From IMG/VR virus record IMGVR_UViG_3300012933_000132, positions 1-39,424 of that record: a DNA stretch of 39,424 nt; one strand, 5' to 3'. This document shows positions 34,782 through 39,424 of the stretch, in pieces. The translations under genes were made by a program, and so were the position numbers. Origin of the DNA: a virus. Lineage: Duplodnaviria; Caudoviricetes. Positions within the stretch are counted from its first letter, which is position 1. Every line of letters starts with the position of its first letter. The notes under the pieces were generated by a model. That model had not been told where the DNA came from, ran no database searches, and saw only the letters and a program-made list of their open reading frames with translations.

Positions 34782-34939
34782 GGTGTGCCCTCATCTGCTG
34801 GCTCCGGTGTATTACCTTCTTCTAGCCATTTCAAATAGGCTTGGTAGTCTGTGTTGGCGGGGTCAAAAGGGATGAAAGCACCGTCAACCAATCGGATTAC
34901 AAACGATATTTCTATAGCGCTAATAAAAAGTTTATACAT
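34778..34939 (-). CDS. Small tail-fibre-associated protein (not in ORF track)
   Basis: 53 aa, [27 protein letters not shown]. Confidence 0.7.
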   Translation of the reverse strand: MYKLFISAIEISFVIRLVDGAFIPFDPANTDYQAYLKWLEEGNTPEPADEGTP

Positions 34940-35967
34940 TACAGCTCCGCAGAAACAGTTGTGTTTGATGTCACGCCAGGTCTAAAGTCTCCTCTAGAAG
35001 AGGCTCCTAATTCAAAAACAAGAACAGAAGCGTCTGTTAGCAAGTTAGAAATTGTAAAACCAGAAGTAATGCTCCCATATGTAACTGTTGGAGACGTTCT
35101 TAACTGTACTGGATACGAAAACGTAGACCTAAAACTTGTAGCTGTTCCAAGGGTTAAGTTAATACCTGTATAAATATAAGGAATTATTTGATAGTACCGC
35201 TGACACAGCTGCAACTCAGTACCATACGGGCGGTAGTCAAACGATGTGGCTGTGCTGCCTTTTTCTAGTTGAACGCCTGTGATGTAGAAGGTGGCTCCGT
35301 TTGTGGCAATCAGGTTTACTGAACCGGTTGGCGCTAAGTACAAGGTTGAACCCCATGAGCCAGCAGTGCCTTTGTATGTAGAACCAGCACCTAAAGAAAA
35401 TACAAGGTTTAAAGCGGTTCCGTTTGTGGTGAGCCAAGTCCCTGTAGTATCTCCAGCGACAGTGATCGTTTTTTGTTCCCAAGTATTTGCAGAAGAAATT
35501 GAAAAGCTAAATGCATAAGCTCTGTCACCAGCGTTATTAAATAATGCGCCGCCAAATAATCCAGTGACAGAAGACTGCACCCAGAAAGAAATTGTTATCG
35601 CTTTAGCGTTAGCAGTTCCCCACCCTAAATCGGCAAAGTTATAACCTTCAATTCGTTGGCGAAATAAATATAATTGTGATGCACCAATGCTTGCGTCAGC
35701 CGTAGTGACTGTAAATTTAAGGCTGTTATTAAAACCTTCAGGAGCAGTTGATACTTGCTGACCGGTAAAAACTCCATCAGCACTTTCTGCATTAGCAAAC
35801 CATCTATCCACAAGAAATGTGTTTGATGCGCTGTTTACCGTAACTGCCGCGCCAGCGTTTCTCTGGTCAATCATCATCGCACCATTGATGATGCGGTTCG
35901 TAGAGCCACTAGAGCCACCTGTGCCGTAACTACCCCCGAGTTCAGCTAATTCTCTTGCGTTGCTCAT
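34939..35967 (-). CDS. Tail fibre / carbohydrate-binding-like virion protein
   Basis: [13 protein letters not shown]...DRW...[14 protein letters not shown]...ELQLCQRYY. Confidence 0.7.
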   Translation of the reverse strand: MSNARELAELGGSYGTGGSSGSTNRIINGAMMIDQRNAGAAVTVNSASNTFLVDRWFANAESADGVFTGQQVSTAPEGFNNSLKFTVTTADASIGASQLYLFRQRIEGYNFADLGWGTANAKAITISFWVQSSVTGLFGGALFNNAGDRAYAFSFSISSANTWEQKTITVAGDTTGTWLTTNGTALNLVFSLGAGSTYKGTAGSWGSTLYLAPTGSVNLIATNGATFYITGVQLEKGSTATSFDYRPYGTELQLCQRYYQIIPYIYTGINLTLGTATSFRSTFSYPVQLRTSPTVTYGSITSGFTISNLLTDASVLVFELGASSRGDFRPGVTSNTTVSAEL

Positions 35968-36182
35968 TATGCTAATTCCTGTAAAGGTGTTAAATCTTCC
36001 GTAGTCCAGAAGTCTTTAGCCAACATGATGTTCAGATGCTCTTTGTTACGAGCCACTGTGTCCAGCCAATCTGATTCAGACATGTCTTCAGGCTTTCCAG
36101 CTTGAATCAATGCCACCGAGTCCAACGCGGCAGCATAATGTTTAGCCACTTGCTCTGGCGTTACTGTTTCAATGTTTTCCAT
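35967..36182 (-). CDS. Small tail-associated hypothetical protein
   Basis: RNKEHLNIMLAKDFWT; AAGGAG RBS before ATG 36182. Confidence 0.65.
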   Translation of the reverse strand: MENIETVTPEQVAKHYAAALDSVALIQAGKPEDMSESDWLDTVARNKEHLNIMLAKDFWTTEDLTPLQELA

Positions 36183-36681
36183 GATTCGCATACTCCTTGT
36201 GAAATTTGTTTCTTGCTTCAATAGCCACTAACTCTGCCAACTCAATGTCGTCATAGCTTCCAAAAGATTTTCTTTGCTTATTTATGTGTAAAGCAACCTG
36301 CCACTTTTTAGCAGATTTGCTCCAGCAAACATTCTTACATCCAGATGTGTTGTCCTGCCTAATTTTTGCATTGTGGTTGTTTTGTGCAATAGATGCAGTT
36401 CTTATATTTTCAATCGCATTGTTTTTCCTGTCGCCATCAATATGATCTAAAACTTTAGGAATGTAGCCATTAAACATCAAAAAAATAAGGCGATGGTTTA
36501 GGTGTAGTTTTCCATCTATCTTTGTCTGCCAATAGCCACTTGAATCAATGGAACCAGCCAGTCTGCCATTTAGATATTTTATGCTTCTACCCAATGAATC
36601 AAAAGAACGATTTTTCCAAAACAAAGCGCCATCCCTGTATTCAAACAGTTCTTTCACTTTATCTTGGGTTAGTTCAGTCAT
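36169..36681 (-). CDS. HNH homing endonuclease with AP2-like C-terminal domain
   Basis: HRLIF...LDHIDGDRKNNAIENIR...N..N...NTSGCKNV.W. Confidence 0.85.
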   Translation of the reverse strand: MTELTQDKVKELFEYRDGALFWKNRSFDSLGRSIKYLNGRLAGSIDSSGYWQTKIDGKLHLNHRLIFLMFNGYIPKVLDHIDGDRKNNAIENIRTASIAQNNHNAKIRQDNTSGCKNVCWSKSAKKWQVALHINKQRKSFGSYDDIELAELVAIEARNKFHKEYANHGKH

Positions 36682-36693
36682 GATTAGTTTCCT

Positions 36694-39213
36694 TTAAGGG
36701 TGGGTTGCTTTGTATGCGTCAAAATCTGCTTTGAGTTCTTGGATGGCTTTGATAAGCATTGGAACAAACACGCTGTATTTAACAGATTTAGTTGTTGTAC
36801 CAAGGTCATTACCTTCTTCATCAAAGTCAGAAGATTCATCAACCATGCTTGGAAAAACTGCTTCCAACTCTTGTGCAATTACACCAAGTTGCTTTTGGGT
36901 TTGACCTTCTTTAAAGTTGTAATTAACCACACGCACTTGACACAGTTGCTCCAACTTGGGAGTTGCTTCTGTAATATTCTCTTTTAACTTTACGTCTGAA
37001 ATAGCGCCATACGAGTTATTGGTGTTATAGACGTTTCCGTTTGTAGTTACGTTAAAAGACAATGTTCCGCTTGTAGGGGAGCTTGCGCTATAAACGCCAA
37101 CAAAAAGTGAATTTGAAGTATTTGCGCCGTTAGTGCTTGAAGATTTAACTGGGTCTCCTGATGCCAAGAAAGTCCAAGCTCCAGTGCTAGAGCAAGTTGC
37201 CCGTGGATTCCCATCCCCATCAGACAGCACGATGTAGTTGCTTGCTGTGCGAATGTCTAAGCCGCCTTGGTTGCCTGAGTAGCCGCCAATGATGGTGTTT
37301 TTAGTGCCAGAAGTAACAGCGTTACCAGAAGCAATACCAACAAATGTGTTGTACCCGCCAGTTGTTGAATAGCCAGCTTGGTCGCCAATCATTGTGTTGA
37401 AGTTAGATGTTGTGACCGAGTATCCAGCTTGTCTACCAAAATAAACGCCATTAGCTGCGGTTGTCCCACTATATCCAGCCTGATAACCAACAGCTGTGTT
37501 GTTGTTGGCTGTAGTGTTGGCAATAAGAGCATCAGTACCAACGGCAGTGTTTGAAGACCCTGTCGTGTTAGCTGCTAACGCAGACCGACCAAAGGCAGCA
37601 CTTTGCAAACCAGTAGTGTTAGCTTGCAAAGCATTAGTGCCAAAAGCAGAGTTCTGGTTTGCTGTTGTATTTGCAGCCAATGCGTTACTACCAAAAGCGG
37701 CATTACCGCCACCTGTCGTATTAGCCGCCAAAGCACTAGCACCCACCGCAGTGTTGGTAGCTACTGAGCCAGCACCTTTACCGACTGTCAGACCTTCAAT
37801 CAATGCTTTACTACTGAAGGTTTTAACTCCAGCAATAGTCTGATCGCCAGTGAGCTTTACAGCAAAGGCGTCTATTTGAGACTGCGTGTAAGTATTAGCT
37901 ACATCAAACGTACTAAATGACAAGATATTAAGCTCATCGTTCAAAGAAGCAGCTACACCTAAAACAACACTAGTGCCTGAAGTAGCAGTGTAATCAGCCC
38001 CATTAAGAACAACACCGTTCAAAGTGACAATGATTGAACCTACTGTGTAAGCCAATGTCAAGCTATTAGCGTCAGTTCCTGAGAACGTAGTTTGACCTGC
38101 TGTAGCTACGTATTTGTACTTGGTGAGGATGGCTTGAGAAGCCGCTGATGCTGCAATCCATTGAGAGCCGTCATATACTCGCATCTCAGCGTCAGTACTG
38201 TTGTAGTACAAAGCACCTATAGCTAGAGCATTACCATCGTTATCAACAGTTGGATCTGATGTCTTAGAACCTAAGTAACGATCATCAAAACTATCCAGAG
38301 CAGCAGCAGCTGAGGCAGCGCTAGAGGAAGCTGAGGAGGCACTAGAGGCTGCGCTGGTGGCTGAGGTGCTGGCATTAGAAGCAGACGTACTAGCCGCTGA
38401 TGCGGAAGAAGCTGCGTTACTTGCTTGAGTAGTCGCTGTGCTTGCAGACGTACTAGCTGACGAAGCTGAGGATGAAGCCTCAGAAGCCTTAGTAGTTGCA
38501 GTGGAAGCTGATGTGGATGCACTAGACGCAGAAGATGCTGCATTAGTTTCCGATGTGGCAGCTGCTGAGGCGCTACTAGAAGCGTTAGTTGCTGAGGTAC
38601 TAGCTGAGGATGCGCTTGAGGCGGCATTGGTAGCGCTAGTGGATGCTTCTGAAGCCTTAGTCGTAGCTGTACTTGCCGAAGTAGAAGCATTGCTTGCCTG
38701 TGTAGAGGCTGTAGTGGCACTGGCTGCTGCGTTAGTAGCCTGTGTGCTGGCAGTGGTAGCCGAAGCAGCAGCAGCTGTAGCACTAGAGGCAGCAGCAGTA
38801 GCACTATCAGAAGCATCACCAGCATATGTTAATGCATTAGCCTCTGATGTGTCAGCAGAGCTTGCCGATGCTGCTGCATTGGTAGCTTGTGTAGTTGCAG
38901 TGGTTGCACTAGAAGCAGCAGACGTAGCACTGGAGGCAGCAGCTGTTGCACTTGATGCAGCACTGGTTGCACTGGAAGCAGCGTTGGTTGCAGAGGTAGA
39001 AGCATTAGTAGCAGCTGTCTCTGCGTTTGTTTCTGCTGTCTCAGCATTAGTTTCAGCTGTCTCTGCCGCAGCTTGTGCAGCTTCAGCAGCTGTCTCAGAA
39101 GCAGCAGCAGCCTCAGCTGAAACAGCAGCTTGTGTAGCTAATTGAGTGGTGATGTTAATTGTACTATCACTGGAACTCTCACCTGAGCCCCCTGTTCCAC
39201 GCCATATTGCCAT
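36694..39213 (-). CDS. Long tail fibre with C-terminal intramolecular chaperone (peptidase S74-like)
   Basis: Ala/Ser/Thr-rich coiled coil, FDDRYLG, 14-aa NTAVG..AL..NTTG repeats, SDVKLKENI...GVIAQE...LIKAIQEL. Confidence 0.85.
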   Translation of the reverse strand: MAIWRGTGGSGESSSDSTINITTQLATQAAVSAEAAAASETAAEAAQAAAETAETNAETAETNAETAATNASTSATNAASSATSAASSATAAASSATSAASSATTATTQATNAAASASSADTSEANALTYAGDASDSATAAASSATAAAASATTASTQATNAAASATTASTQASNASTSASTATTKASEASTSATNAASSASSASTSATNASSSASAAATSETNAASSASSASTSASTATTKASEASSSASSASTSASTATTQASNAASSASAASTSASNASTSATSAASSASSASSSAASAAAALDSFDDRYLGSKTSDPTVDNDGNALAIGALYYNSTDAEMRVYDGSQWIAASAASQAILTKYKYVATAGQTTFSGTDANSLTLAYTVGSIIVTLNGVVLNGADYTATSGTSVVLGVAASLNDELNILSFSTFDVANTYTQSQIDAFAVKLTGDQTIAGVKTFSSKALIEGLTVGKGAGSVATNTAVGASALAANTTGGGNAAFGSNALAANTTANQNSAFGTNALQANTTGLQSAAFGRSALAANTTGSSNTAVGTDALIANTTANNNTAVGYQAGYSGTTAANGVYFGRQAGYSVTTSNFNTMIGDQAGYSTTGGYNTFVGIASGNAVTSGTKNTIIGGYSGNQGGLDIRTASNYIVLSDGDGNPRATCSSTGAWTFLASGDPVKSSSTNGANTSNSLFVGVYSASSPTSGTLSFNVTTNGNVYNTNNSYGAISDVKLKENITEATPKLEQLCQVRVVNYNFKEGQTQKQLGVIAQELEAVFPSMVDESSDFDEEGNDLGTTTKSVKYSVFVPMLIKAIQELKADFDAYKATHP

Positions 39214-39263
39214 TATGTCTCCTTGTTATGAAAAGAGCCTGTTGATTAGAACAAGCCCCTTGC

Positions 39264-39295
39264 AAAACAAGAGAAGCCCCTTGTGAGGGCCTCTC
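39264..39295 (-). terminator. Rho-independent terminator after the capsid gene
   Basis: GAGAGGCCCT...GGGGCTTCTC stem followed by TTGTTTT on the - strand. Confidence 0.7.
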
Positions 39296-39302
39296 TGTGT
39301 TA

Positions 39303-39424
39303 TTAAGCGCCTACAGCCAACAACACGCCTGCATCAGCACGGAGCACCTTAGTGCCGTACAACATGTCAGATGTGAACAAGTTAGCCAAGAACTCTTGCT
39401 TGTATTGAGTTTGTGAACGGACAG
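39303..39424 (-). CDS. Major capsid protein, C-terminal end (partial)
   Basis: VRSQTQYKQEFLANLFTSDMLYGTKVLR...; double stop TAATAA and terminator. Confidence 0.8.
   Translation of the reverse strand, partial: VRSQTQYKQEFLANLFTSDMLYGTKVLRADAGVLLAVGA

Noticed and set aside
38300-39130. Repetitive GCA/GCT-rich DNA as a repeat array or CRISPR
   Set aside because: Explained by the Ala/Ser/Thr coiled coil of the tail fibre; no constant repeat-spacer structure
38438-39145. 235-aa + strand ORF, and other long antisense ORFs such as 1014-1799 and 24118-24810
   Set aside because: Shadow frames of real genes caused by codon bias and low complexity; no RBS or recognisable motifs
39296-39330. T7 10A/10B-type capsid frameshift
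   Set aside because: No slippery sequence seen; a double stop is followed immediately by a terminator

Overview
This window is most of a ~41 kb lytic podovirus-type phage genome, opened between the scaffold start (1-20) and the major capsid C-terminus (39303-39424). It has two arms. The + strand arm (5.7-23.3 kb) carries early, replication and nucleotide-metabolism genes: gp88-like protein, T7-type primase-helicase, MazG-like protein, PolA, SSB, exonuclease, HNH, ThyX, tRNA-Arg(UCU), metallophosphoesterase, class II RNR and glutaredoxin. The - strand arm carries packaging, structural and lysis genes. The arms converge on a bidirectional terminator at ~23.3 kb and diverge from a ~950 bp non-coding control region (4760-5710). 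No RNA polymerase or integrase is visible, and near-perfect sigma70 promoters are present. This organisation resembles SIO1/cobavirus-like podoviruses, and the host is probably a proteobacterium (inference). Three non-coding signals stand out. (1) A 16-bp dyad, GTWACT-N4-AGTWAC, occurs 7 times, including inside genes. (2) The control region is packed with host-factor-like sites: DnaA boxes, IHF sites, NtrC-like boxes, two divergent sigma54 promoters and a LexA-like box. (3) CCWGG is almost absent, with the single exception found lying in a tail module. All calls come from manual reading; no database searches were run.
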